From Nemertoderma westbladi (lineage: Eukaryota > Animalia > Xenacoelomorpha), in contig JAUCBJ010003659.1 of NCBI GenBank assembly GCA_032718475.1, positions 1 through 43,142 of the forward strand: 43,142 nucleotides of DNA. The letters are read 5' to 3'. Each line of letters starts with the position of its first letter. Position 1 is the stretch's first letter. The translations under genes and the position numbers were made by a program. Positions 12,102 through 24,035 of the stretch are shown in pieces. The notes below the pieces were generated by a model that was not told the origin of the DNA, did no database searches, and was given only the letters and a program-made list of their open reading frames with translations.

Positions 12102-14914
12102 ATATTTGGTGCATGCGATTCATCCTTTGTGGCATCAGGATCAGTCAAACGAACTGCTATTGATAATGCCAGTCATTTTAGCCCGGAGGTGATTGATGCC
12201 ATTAATCGCCACATGTATGTGGATGATGGCCTCAAAAGTGCAGCATCTGTCTCTGAAGCTATTCACATCGCTTCTGGGATGGTAGATTGCCTCAAATTAG
12301 GTGGCTTTCTCCTTACAAAATTTGCCTCCAATTCTAGACAATTCGCAGATGCCTTTCCCGATTCAGAAAAGGCAAAATCCTTCATTAACTTAGATTTTGA
12401 TAATCTTCCTATAACCCGTGCCCTTGGAGTTTCCTGGGACACAAATTCAGATAACTTCATATTCTCCTATGTGCTTAAAAACACACCATTAACTAAACGG
12501 GGATGCGTCTCTTTGACTAGCTCATTGTACGATCCCATTAACTTTATCTTGCCTTTAATCATAGCAGGTCGATTAGTTATAACAAAAATGTGGTCAATGG
12601 AATTAGACTGGGATACCCCATTCCCACCAGATACAGCACGTCAATGGATGAAGTGGCGAGATCAAATTCCTATGCTCAGCGAACTGGAAATCCCTAGGAT
12701 GTACATCCCCGTCCATTCGGGTCCAATCAACTACCAGCTACATATTTCTCAGACGCTTATAAAATGGCCTACGGTACAGTATTGTACATCCGATCTGTAA
12801 GTGATAATGAAATAAATTCATCTTTCGTTTTCAGCAAAGGTAAGTTAGTTCGTACAGCCTCTGGACATTCAGTTCCTCGATTAGAGCTCCAAGCTGCAGT
12901 TTTAGCAGCACAGGTAAGTGAAACTGTGTTAGAATCCCTAGACTTACCAATCGCTAAATGTTATTTTTGGACAGACTCTACTGTCGTACTTGGGTACATA
13001 AACAACACCGTCAAGCAATTTCGATGTTTTGTTCACAACCGCGCTAAGTATATCCTTGATCGTACAACCAGTTCACAATGGCAACATGTACCTGGTCATT
13101 TAAACCCTGCAGATGACATTACTCGTGGGCTTACAGCAGTCAAGCTCATTAATTCACAGAAATGGTGGCATGGGCCTCCTTTTCTCGTTCAGCCTGAGGA
13201 AACATGGACGACAGTATCAACCATATGCCCAGAAACTATCACTAATACACTAATCAATAACCCAGATGTGCTAACTTCTCATATATTGGTATCATCTGAT
13301 ATTGATTATAACGATGACATCACCATGACAGACTTCTGGTTTGACATAGTTGTCGAAGAACAGACACCATACCACAATCCTGACACTGAAATAATTCTTA
13401 ATGTCCACATTGATTCTAACACAGCATTTAATGCTATAGGTTCACTTATAGCTAAACATTCGTCATGGAATAAATTACAGACTCTGTTCGCATGGATCTT
13501 ACGTCTTTGCAAGTATTCTTTAAATCCAAATTCGGTCTTAAATCTTAAAGGGAAATTTGTCTCGGTAAGTGAACGTCACCATGCTGGACGATGTCTAATT
13601 TATTTCTCACAGAGGCAATCCTATCCCAACGAAATTCAAATGTTACTGCATTCATCCCCAGTAGCTTGCTCAAGCCCACTAGCTAATCTAGCCCCAATCC
13701 TAACTCAGGATGGTTTATTGCGGGTAGGTGGCCGCATTACCTCCGCCCCAGTATCCTACGATACAAAACACCCTATAATTTTGAGTAAGTTACACCCACT
13801 TACAAATGTCATAGTATGGCACTGGCACATCTATTTATTACATGCCGGTCCCAACCAAGTAGTTGCCAAGGTAAGGGAATCCTATTGGATCCCTGGCCTT
13901 ATCACTTTCTGCAAGTCTTTAATACGTAAGTGCTTTAAATGTCGGCAATGTAAGGCTCCACGTGTGAATCAGCTTATGGCGCCATTGCCGTCCTCTAGAC
14001 TGACCCCATATGAGCCGCCATTTACGTTTTCAGCCGTTGATATGTTTGGTCCACTAAAGGTCAAATACGGGAGAGGTTCTATAAAGCGTTATGCCTTTAT
14101 CTTTACGTGCCTTAACTGTAGAGCAGTACACCTCGATGTAGCTGCTGATGCATCAGCTGATGCCTTTATCAATGTGTTCTTCCGTTTTAAAGCACGGAGA
14201 GGTTCGCCAAAGGAAATAGTTTCAGACAATGGGGGAAACTTCGTAGGTGCCGAGTCAGAATTACGGCAAAACCTGGAACTATGGGAACATCAGATCGATA
14301 TTGCCCTGCGCCCAAAGGGCATTACATGGAAATTTATAACACCGTACGCCCCCCATATGGGTGGTGTATATGAACGGCTGATCCGTTCAATCAAACAAGT
14401 TCTGTTTCAGGTCCTTGGCAATTCTCTTGTCACAGATGACGTGTTAGTGACATCATTAGCAGAAGTAGAGTGCATTCTAAACAGCCGCCCCTTGTGCCTT
14501 AGTACCGATGACCCTAAAGCTGATGAAATCTTAACTCCGAACCACCTTCTATTACAGCGCCCTGCTTACAATTTACCACCAGGTCCCATCTACGACAGTG
14601 ATACATACTCAACTCGTAAATGGCGCCAGGCTCAGTTACTAGCCAATCATTTTTGGACCCGCTGGGTACGCGAATACTTAGTGACACTTCAATCAAGACA
14701 GAAGTGGACACGTGTTCGCAACAACCTTGCAGTAGGCGATGTCGTATTGCTTGTAGATGAAGGTCAAACACGCAGTAGTTGGAGTGTGGGTCGTATCACG
14801 CAAGTATACCCTGATGATGTGGGGTTAATTAGATCAGTTGAAGTAAAAACCTCTTTGGGAGTTTACAAAAGACCACTTGATAAACTATGCCTCTTAGAGG
14901 AAATAAATAAGTAA
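12102..14914 (+). pseudogene. pol: Element B RT C-terminus, RNase H and integrase (one frameshift ~12750; 12764-14914 open)
   Basis: YVDD; VPRLELQAA, WTDS, NPAD; integrase HHCC and D,D35E (VDMFGP, SDNGGNF, YERLIR); RPLDKLCLLE end. Confidence 0.92.
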
Positions 14915-15036
14915 CAATAAACTGCTACTAAAATTAATTAACCAATAAACCAGCATACTTTGTATACTTATCAAATAGTAAAATAATTTATCTTAATTTC
15001 CTTTTAGGTTTTGGCTACCAAAATTCCTGGGTGTGA

Positions 15037-15199
15037 TGTGATGGTCGTCCACATCTTTGTTGACTTCCACTGAAGGATGAATATTGAACTCGGTCAAATG
15101 GAACTATAAGCAACGAACTATAAAATGATAACTAGAGATCCTTTGTTAAAGAGATTATTAAGTATTAACCGTGTCAATTGGTGATTGTCGAGCTTATAG
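15037..15199 (+). repeat. First part of putative 3' LTR of element B
   Basis: TGT start after hairpin TTTTGG/CCAAAA and GGGTGTGA; no intact partner LTR in the window. Confidence 0.55.
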
Positions 15200-15348
15200 T
15201 GTAAAAGCTTTTGCGGACATAACAAGTCATTTTTCCGCAATGCGCAGAAAACTCTAAAATAGCCCTAAATTTATCCAACTAAGCTTAGCTTTTAGCTTAT
15301 CCGCTTTATCCAGCTAGTAAAGTCCAACTACAGCAGCTAGAGAAACCA

Positions 15349-15446
15349 GGGGTTGGGGAAAGTATGGGGGGTAGGGGGGGGGGGGGGGTAGGGTGGGGGG
15401 GGGGTGGGGCTATGGTTGGGGGGGGGGGGGGGGGGGGGGGGTGGGG
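15349..15446 (+). repeat. Poly-G tract with G-quadruplex potential
   Basis: About 98 nt of almost pure G runs. Confidence 0.9.
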
Positions 15447-15860
15447 TTTAATCAGTGACAATGTCCGTGGGTATACCTTATTCAGCTAATTTTGCGAATT
15501 TAGTTGAGGGCCTTGGTGGCTACTATAATAACATGGCACCGTGAAAATTTACTGCGTTGTATTGATTTATGTTTTAATTATGTGGATTATGCAATAAATC
15601 GACATACAAAATTAGATATTTAAATTTAAATAGAGGCAAACAATATTTCCTTAAATTTACGCGAAAAAGTATTTTTGTTTTTTGATTCACGAGCAGCTAG
15701 CGGAATGTCGTTCCAAATCAAGGGACCTTGATAACTCAGGGACCGTTTCGAGGAATCTAGCCGGACTGATGGCACATGATAGTTTCCATGTGCTACAGAA
15801 CGCGTGAAATATCTGTGGGTGGAAGCAGTTTTTATGAATAATTTGCCTATATGGCTAGTA

Positions 15861-16790
15861 TTAAGTTTAAGTTAAGTTAAGTTAAGTTAAGTTTATCTCT
15901 TTTATTCATTAAAACTCATAGTTATGATAAATAACACATGTGGCAGTCTACATTAAGAGTAGACTGATAATCAAAATGAATAAGCGTCGTAGGGCCAAGG
16001 TGTTGCTTCGCAGCACCTGTATGTACAGTATGTAAGCTACTATAAAGTAATATACTTAAATTCAAGCTAACCAATTACTGTATAGCACAAACAAATTATA
16101 ATAACTGATTAGATATAATATTACTATAATTGATATCGTGCATGAATAGGGCTGCTTGATGTTTATATAATAATTCAAGGGGCAAAATAGATAGAGATTT
16201 ATATAGAGGTAGTGAGGAGGATTGAGAGTGTGAAAAAGTTACGCAGCGGACAAATTTATTTATTTTGGTACGTAGAGGTTTAAGTATAGTGGGATAGGTA
16301 CTTCCCCATATGATTATACGATAGTTTATATATGGATGTATAAGTGAAAAATTAAGTTGTCTGAGTATAATCAGTGGAAAAGAGTGCCTAAGTTTATAAA
16401 AGATGCCAATTGTTCTAGAAATTTTTTTAGTAATAAATTGCACGTGTGACTTCCAGGATAGTTTGTTGTCTACATGAATTCCTAAAAATTTTGTGCATAT
16501 GGATTTATTAACATTTTTCGAATTAATTTGTAGTGGAGGTATATTTGTTGTATTTTGCACCGTATTTGTGAATAAAGTAAATTCCGTTTTAGATAAGTTT
16601 AATGAAAGGCGATTGTCTACTAACCATTCAGTCAGTTTATTTAATTCGTTATTAGTTTCATGTATTAGAGTATTAATATGTTTAGCTGATTGAAGGAGAG
16701 TAGTGTCGTCGGCAAAGAGAGTTGTTAGAAGAGAAGTAGCGTTAGGCAAGTCATTAATGTACAAAAGGAACAGTAACGGTGATAGAACGC
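15861..16790 (-). mobile_element. 5'-truncated LINE of the CR1/L2 group (Crack/Daphne/L2-like)
   Basis: RT fragment, 3' UTR hairpins (CAGTCTAC/GTAGACTG at 15944-15966), AATAAA and (CTTAA)n tail on the - strand. Confidence 0.88.
16096..16790 (-). pseudogene. LINE reverse transcriptase fragment
   Basis: VLSPLLFLLYINDLP, LFADDT, NRLSLNLSKT, KFLGIHVDNKLSW. Confidence 0.9.
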
Positions 16791-17563
16791 CTTGATTATA
16801 AGAACGTAAATCTATTATCATTGAACACTGCATTGAACACTTAACTCACCTTAATCAACTCATTTTACACCTAACTTGTCATTCTACTGAATCACCGCAT
16901 TGTTTTACTTCTGCTATTAATTGTTGTTATATTAATGGATATGGTTGTTATATTTGGAGAATACCGATAAATAATCATAAAACCCCCAATCTTCTTGATT
17001 ACTGAAGGTAAGAGGAACAGGTTTACCGTTAGCAACTACGACTTAAATTATAGTGGTTTTTGTGTGAATTAAATGCTATTTCATAATCCCTACATATGTC
17101 AGTTGCGATCCTCCTTATATATGATCAAATTCAGTGACGGTCGGCAGATTAGTGTGAAGTAGTGTGAAGTCGTGTGAAGTAGTGTGAAGGTAATAAAGCA
17201 TCTCCTAAAGAATGCGCTATTTACGAAACTCTGTGGCCATCTAGTTGTGATTAGTATAAGTCATAACTCTGTTTTTATACTTAAAGCGCCGCGTCCTAAA
17301 GGAACTGTTAATATTTCCCCGAAAGTAAATATATTGTCAGAGATTATATAGTAACGATCAATCGAATAATACAGTAGGTCTACACTGCAATAACTTCAAG
17401 GTATCCGAATCCAGTCTCCCAAAACCGTGGGTGATAGGGTGACTGGCTTCGTCTGATGTAACTTCAGTACATTAGGTAATTGTTAAATGCTAAAGTCGAT
17501 TTATAAATAAGAGGACAACTAAAATTGGCAGGTTAAACTGCTAAAGGTCTAAAAGCGCGAACA

Positions 17564-17612
17564 GTAATAGATTTTAAGTTTCTTTATTGCGCCGTAGGCA
17601 ATAAAGTCGAAT
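17564..17612 (+). promoter_or_regulatory. Non-canonical primer-binding site of C, complementary to own LTR
   Basis: GTAATAGATTT pairs with AAATCTATTAT (16808-18; 31499-509); no TGG next to the LTR. Confidence 0.55.
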
Positions 17613-19348
17613 GTACCGGTCGGACGGTAAACTGTAGGCCTAATAGCCCAATCACCCGAACTGGTACTTACAGGTACCCAGTATTATTTCGATTGTGATA
17701 TATTGTATATTGGTAGGCTGTTTAAGAGAGTAGGGACTGTACACCCCTTATTTCATTTAGAGCTTATTTATTTCTGTCAGTTTTATTTATCTGTAAGTGT
17801 AATATTGAGCAGAATGCGTGTAAGCCTGCTCAGATTGTATAAATAATTTGTATGCCGGATTGTTGTCTAACTGTTGTTAGGTCTGAGGTGATTGCAGTGT
17901 GTGTAGAGTGTCTGTCCGATAAAGTGCTAGTTAGGAAGGTGGGGGCATCCAGTGCTGTAATAAGGTAAATCCCCCCAGAAAGAATAAGTCATACTACTCA
18001 GTTAGAACACCTACTAACTAACCATTTCGGAGTCTGCATATGCTGTAGTTTATTTAGGCTTGACAGTAGTCTGCCAGCATTTGGTCTGTGTTTTGTTTGA
18101 ATAGTCTGCACGGGTAGCGTAATATTTATTATTCAGAGTCTATGCGAGTATTCGCAACCTCCAACTCCCCAAGTTTATTCCTACAGTAATTGTGCTTGTT
18201 ATACATACCGCTATAGTTAAATTAACCCCGGTACTACATCAGGGCTGCTTGGCGTAGGTAAAGACTGGTGATTTTGTGCTCCGGTCACTCCAGCAGATAC
18301 CGTGGTTCTTTTGGCTGTTCAAGTATATTTAACTGCTGGTTATTTGTTGTATAAGTACTTGTACCTAATTTAGGGTTTAGAGTACAGTGCTTTCCGAAAG
18401 TAATTTAGTGTGTAGGCAGTATATTTGTGTTGTAACGTGGTTAATAGGCACGTTAGCTCTGGTTGGCTTCGGTAATTAACCTCTAGGTAAGGACACTCCG
18501 GGTACATAACGTAGTACTTATAGAGCTAAGACTATAAGTCGTCAGACGGTGGTATTTCCTTATCTGGACAACGCAACTTACTTACTACTACTTTATTGTT
18601 TTCAAATACCGTAGTTTCCTGTCAGTTTGTAAGAACCAGAAATTCTAACTCCTTGTTAGGCTGGTTTGTAGATTTCTTGTAAAATTACCCTAAAAATTGT
18701 ACGTGTAACTTTTTATTGTTTATTTAGAGATTGTAATCTCAACCATTGTAATTGTAAGTAATTTGTAGTGATAAGTAACTTAGTAAAGTAGAATTATCTG
18801 TATTAGTGTCCAACAAGTAGCACTCCACTGAGAGCGTTCAGCTTCTGTGTAGTGACTCCTTACCCAGAAATAATAACATTTATTTCAAATATTGTCAAAA
18901 CCCATTGTACGGGTATATATATATATATTTATAAATCAACTCAAACAGATTTATAAAATAGTAGGCCTGTTATACATCAATTAGGTCTTAATATCAGTTG
19001 AACTACTGCTTAATATCAGTAATAAAGTAATGGGAAGTAACCCTAAAATTCAGAAATTCAGTTATTATAAAATAATTGACATTACTGGTATTTACGGTAG
19101 GCTTATTATATTTATTTATAAATTTAGGCTGAAATTATATACCGGTATTCTGTGACAGATCCTAGTTTGTAAATAATACTTATATATATATACTATAAGT
19201 GTATACCGGTATTTTAATATTATATATATATCATGTTACACTGAGTAATGGTATTGGTAATTAATTACTAGGCTTACAGTTGATACTGATTCCTAGACTT
19301 GCTTTAACTGTCATTATAGTAGTAGGCATTCAACTGTAAAATCAAGTT

Positions 19349-22300
19349 ATGTCTGACACAAAGCAAACACTGTCAGATAGTCTCCTAGAAAGAACAATCT
19401 GTGACCAAGACAAGAGTATCGAACATCTCAGACCAAAGTCCAAGTCCCCTCCTACTGTAAGAAAGGTCATCCCTACAGTAGTAGTATCAGACCCTAGGCT
19501 AGTAAAGCACCATAGGTCTATTATAGGCACTAGGCTCAAGTTAAGCGGGACCAAGAGGCAGCTGTTAAACAGCAGCAGCACCCGAACCGAGAACTTATTT
19601 CTCAACGGCACGATAACTCTAGTAGTTCAGACACTGAAGAGTTGACGCCCGAGATCGGAGCAAGGATGGCAGAAGCGGTTTATCCAGATCCACTTCTAAT
19701 TCTTCCTGGAGCCATACTCACTAGAGTATTGATCGCTGTGGAGGAACATCAAATCGATTGGGCGAGAAGTAAGCGATCAACCAGGGACAGTTATGCGGGA
19801 TACACGATGGAGGAACTGAGGTCTATTGTCGAGACGCAATGGAACTTCCCCGGACCCGGACTCCCGTTCAACTTATTGGAAGCTGCCTGGGAGGACTTAT
19901 ATAGGATGGGAATAGTAAGGGACACTAGAGATCCAGCTGTATGGAAGAGGTCAGCAGCAGGATATGTCCAGGGATTCTTCAGCTCTTTAGAGTGATTAGA
20001 AGAACACTTATTTCAACAACGTCAAGGACCTCAAGAGCAGGGAGAGCTGCTTTATCAAGTGCGAGAACGAATCTTATGAATCAGATTAATACTTTCAGCC
20101 TTTGAGGAAGCCTCGAAGAGAAGCCAAGACACATCGTTGCAAGTGGCCGTAAAGACTTGGTTTCAATGGGTGAGTCTTAAAGTCCAGGGAACGACACGTC
20201 CAGGGAGAATCAACAGACGCTACCTTTTCTCAGGTGGAAGGCGAAGCTACATCCGAGAAACCTCAGAAGAAGGATGCTATTGACATCTATCTGTCGGACT
20301 ATCAACGATTTATAGGTGACAAAGAGCTAAGGAGACGGCTAGCTGGACTTCACCCTAATAGTGAGGGAGCCAAATTTGTGTTGGACTCGTTAGATGTGGA
20401 AATATTATCCGCAGAGCAGCAGATAAAGAAAAGGCAAATACAAGACCGAAGGTCAGCGGCCGCGGCAGAATCTGAAAGGAAAGCAGCAGCGGCAGAGGCT
20501 GAAAGAAAAGCGGCAGCGGCAGCGGCAGAATCTGAAAGAAAAGCGGCAGCGGCAGCAGCAGAATCTGAAAGGAAAGCGGCAGCGGCAGAGGCTGAAAGAA
20601 AAGCGGCAGTGGCAGAAGCAGAAAGATGAGCAGCTGAAGAGACAACCCAACTAGAGTTGGTAAATCTTCAAGCGAAGCAAGATTACTTAAATAAACAGAG
20701 AACAGCTACTCAGATGCAACTACTGAGTCGATCTACTCCCAGAAGACAGGGATTTACCTCCTCGGATGAAGGTGATACAACGGATCCCGAGGGAAGAGGT
20801 AGTAAATCTCGTTCGAGCGGACGTAGAAGAACGCCACACCGTCAGAAGTTACCAAATTTGCCTCCGGCGGTGAGAAGGCAACTAGCCAATGTAGATTTAA
20901 GTAATCCTGAGCCTACAGACCAAATTATTAGAGTAGACAGACTCCCTACTATAATAGACGAGCTCGAAATAATTAGGCCTGTCATTGAAGCCACTCCTGG
21001 GATAGAGACCCCTGTACTTCCAGAACCTAACTCTAAATTCCCTTTGCACAGTACTAAACTACCTGTGCCCAGTAGATAAGCCCCGGAACCACATCCGGTC
21101 CTGGACGCCGAGCAAGACATAAATGACTTGTCTCCCATCGTCCCTACGCGTCACCCCGCTACTATGTTGGCAGCTCACGCTTCAGCAGTTGAGTGGGTGG
21201 ACAAGGGACGGCGGGGGATGAATCGCCTGCTCGGGCAGCTGGAAGACCATAAACAAAGGTCTTCCCAGCAGGTCCGAGAGTTGGAAGGGACTGTTCAGCA
21301 GTTGAAGGGAACAGTAAGAGAGAGTAGGTTAGAGTTGCAAGAAGTACAGCAGAGTATCGCTGTAGAGCGCGATAAATTAGTAAATATACAAATGGGTATA
21401 CCACCACCCCCTGTAACAATGTGTCAACCCGTTAGGTCTGAAGTATTTCATGCGCAAGGTGTGGAGCCTACACGCATCTATACTGCTAGTGAAGTAGAAA
21501 CTCCTATAGTAAACCCTATTAAGGGTAATTATAAACCCGTTGTTAATGATATCCCATACAGATCTGATCATAATCTGAGAAATTTATATACCGATAACTC
21601 GATATTAAATAATACGATGGCTCAAGAAAGTTTTACACGTCAAATGGCTAGAACTGAGCCCGTCAAGCGGTAAAGGTGGGAGAGGTCGTCAAGTTCAATG
21701 GAGATGAGATGAAATGGTTACCTTTTAATGAATATTATAAAGATAACATACAGAACTCTGTACTATCTAACGGAGATAAACTTAGATTCCTCATCGAGTG
21801 CTTGGAAGGACCTCCCAAGTAAAGTTTATTGGACATCCAGACGGATTAAGACAAGTTTGGGATACACTAAACATCAGGTATGGTAATAGGACTAACATAG
21901 CTAGGTATTTGTATGCGAAATTAGTAGCGCCCCGAAAATTTCTTAGCAGCGGGATTATAGAGTTTTCCGATGAGATTCAGGAGATCTGTAGACAGCTAGA
22001 TTGGTTAGGTAAGTCTCAGGAATACCAGAGTTCTATGGTTGTTGGTGCCGTAGCATCTACTTTGCCAAAGGGTGGAGTAGGTACTCGCTGGGATAAAAGA
22101 GTTCTCTATATGATGGACCAGCAACAAAGAGACCCTACCATGGCTGATCTAATGTCATTCTTAAATGGAGAGGTAAGATTACAGCTCCTAAAGCAGTCCA
22201 GAGAGAAGACACCAGAAAGTAAGGTGAGTGAAAAACCCGTTTCTAGGAGAAAGGTAACACCAGTGTGTTATATGGACGATGGCGAAAGCCAAACCTCATA

Positions 22301-24035
22301 CGAGGAAAACAGCGGTAAGGACACCGAAAGATCTTATTATGTCAATAAATCGAGGAAAGACGTAAGTAAATCTAAGTCTCGAACCAGTGACAGGAGAGAA
22401 CAAGTAACAACTCCTCCTACATCTCCTAAGATAATTCATGGAAGAAAGCCCAAGGAAAGAAAAAGTGTGCACAACACAACACAGGTTAAAGTAAGTAACA
22501 TCAAGCCCAAATGTGTATTGTGCGACGGGCCACATTGCTTGAGTGGGTGTGATGAATTCTTGAAGAAATCCCTGAAGGATAGACGTGATGTCATGTGGGA
22601 TAAGCGGTTGTGTTATAATTGCCTCAGACGAGGACATCAAAGACGGACCTGTTACTCAGACGCGAGGTGTGCTAAGTGCGGCGCGAAACATCATATCTTG
22701 CTGCACACCGAATTTGACAGAACCCGCACGAGTCAGGTAAGTGAGCCCGAACTACATGTCCAATTCAGTGATGTGAACGACACTGACCACAGTTCTGAGA
22801 TGGAAGGATTCTGCACGGACGAATTCTCCAACGAAAATGAATCCTGTTATATGATAAACACCACAGTGTATCGAGCACTTGCGTACGAGATTGAATCGGA
22901 AGTGGAAAATCCTCGACTGACTATTCCGGACCAACAACCATCTTGGAAAGCGCCAACTTCCTCTGTCGGAATCCGGGAATTTCCTGTTGTGCAACTGAGA
23001 GTCCATGGGCTAGGGAAGAGCCTAATAGTAAATGCCCTCCTTGACTCCGGCAGCACAGGTACATTCATTGACAAAGATCTAGCCGAAGACATCTTTGCTG
23101 GACAACCCAAGTTCCGAACTAAGTTGAACCTTTCCGGAATTATGCAGGTTTGGAAATCCACAGTAGCCACAGATTACTACGTGGGTGCGTTGTCCACTCC
23201 CCAGGATGAACTAGGAGAACATAGTGTAAGGTCGGTCAAAATGGTGGCTATAAAGAACTTTGCTACTAGCCAAGTGGAACCTTACAACTGGGATGAAGAC
23301 CATTTTACCCAGCAACATGATATACCTAGATTTAACACCGATTACCCAGGGGTGCAGATATTAATCGGCCAAAATGTGCGCGACGAAGGCGCTATGAAGG
23401 TGCAAAACGAGGCGCTTGAAACATTAGAAAAACGGCCTGCTCGACCGCAACCATTGCAAACGTACGCGGGAAGAACGAGAGTAGGTTGGTACTTCACTGG
23501 CCCTTCCCGTAGAACCCTAATGGAAAGACTCCCTAATGAGAGAATACATCAGGTGGGTGAATGGGAAGAAGAAATCAGTGAGGGAGAAACCACAACTGAG
23601 GGAACCCCATACTCCTCAGACAATGACGATATTAACCAATTATACGATGAGGAAAATAGAATTGATCTCCTCGCCGAGAACCAAACTTGGTTAAACCAAG
23701 TCAACTTATGCCATCTCATCGATCAACATGGCGGACAATTCACATATAGCGATGAATTAAACGAAGTGATAGATCGATACAATAACAAAATCCATGATGA
23801 ACACGCCGTACGATTCTTTACTCAAGAAGCCGTAGAGCGTAATTCCTACGACAAAGCCTTGTCCGTCGAGGAAGAGAGAGCCAAGCAGATTCAGGAAACG
23901 ACTACCCGTTATCTGAAGGACGAAGGTCGCCGCTATGAGATTGGTCTTCCGTTCCGACGGCGAGAACTCAACTTTATAAATAACCGACCTTTAGCAGAAA
24001 AGAGAATCGCGCAACTACATCAGGAAAATGTATAA
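19349..24035 (+). pseudogene. gag: Element C gag-protease (stops and frameshifts)
   Basis: ATG 19349; same triple zinc knuckle and ALLDSGS as A; fragments 19349, 19642, 20234, 20657, 21128, 21798. Confidence 0.85.
20455..20627 (+). repeat. 27-30 bp coding minisatellite encoding (AAAAE[S/A]ERK)n, about 6 units
   Basis: GCAGCGGCAGA(A/G)(T/G)CTGAAAG(G/A)AAA repeats within gag. Confidence 0.9.

Larger units (their letters stand above)
6774..15199 (+). mobile_element. Element B: BEL/Pao LTR retrotransposon, no accessory ORF; 3' LTR interrupted by C and D; 5' boundary uncertain
   Basis: Gag-PR-RT-RH-IN order with BEL motifs; hairpin + GGGTGTGA then TGTGATGG about 120 bp after the pol stop. Confidence 0.88.
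15200..17563 (+). repeat. 5' LTR of C, with ~250 bp replaced by a ~1.5-kb foreign insert (15282-16788)
   Basis: 15200-15281 matches 31148-31229; 16789-17563 matches 31480-32277. Confidence 0.92.

Noticed and set aside
15861-15893. Telomeric repeat
   Set aside because: (TTAAG)n is short and sits next to AATAAA at a LINE 3' end, so it is a LINE tail.
16791-16833. N-terminus of ORF 16096-16833 as part of the LINE protein
   Set aside because: It is antisense read-through from C's LTR; LINE homology stops at ~16790.
17587-17601. GCCGTAG motif shared by C and D leaders as a degenerate tRNA PBS
   Set aside because: No TGG, 8-25 nt away from the LTR, and better explained by pairing with the elements' own LTRs; a tRNA scan is still needed.
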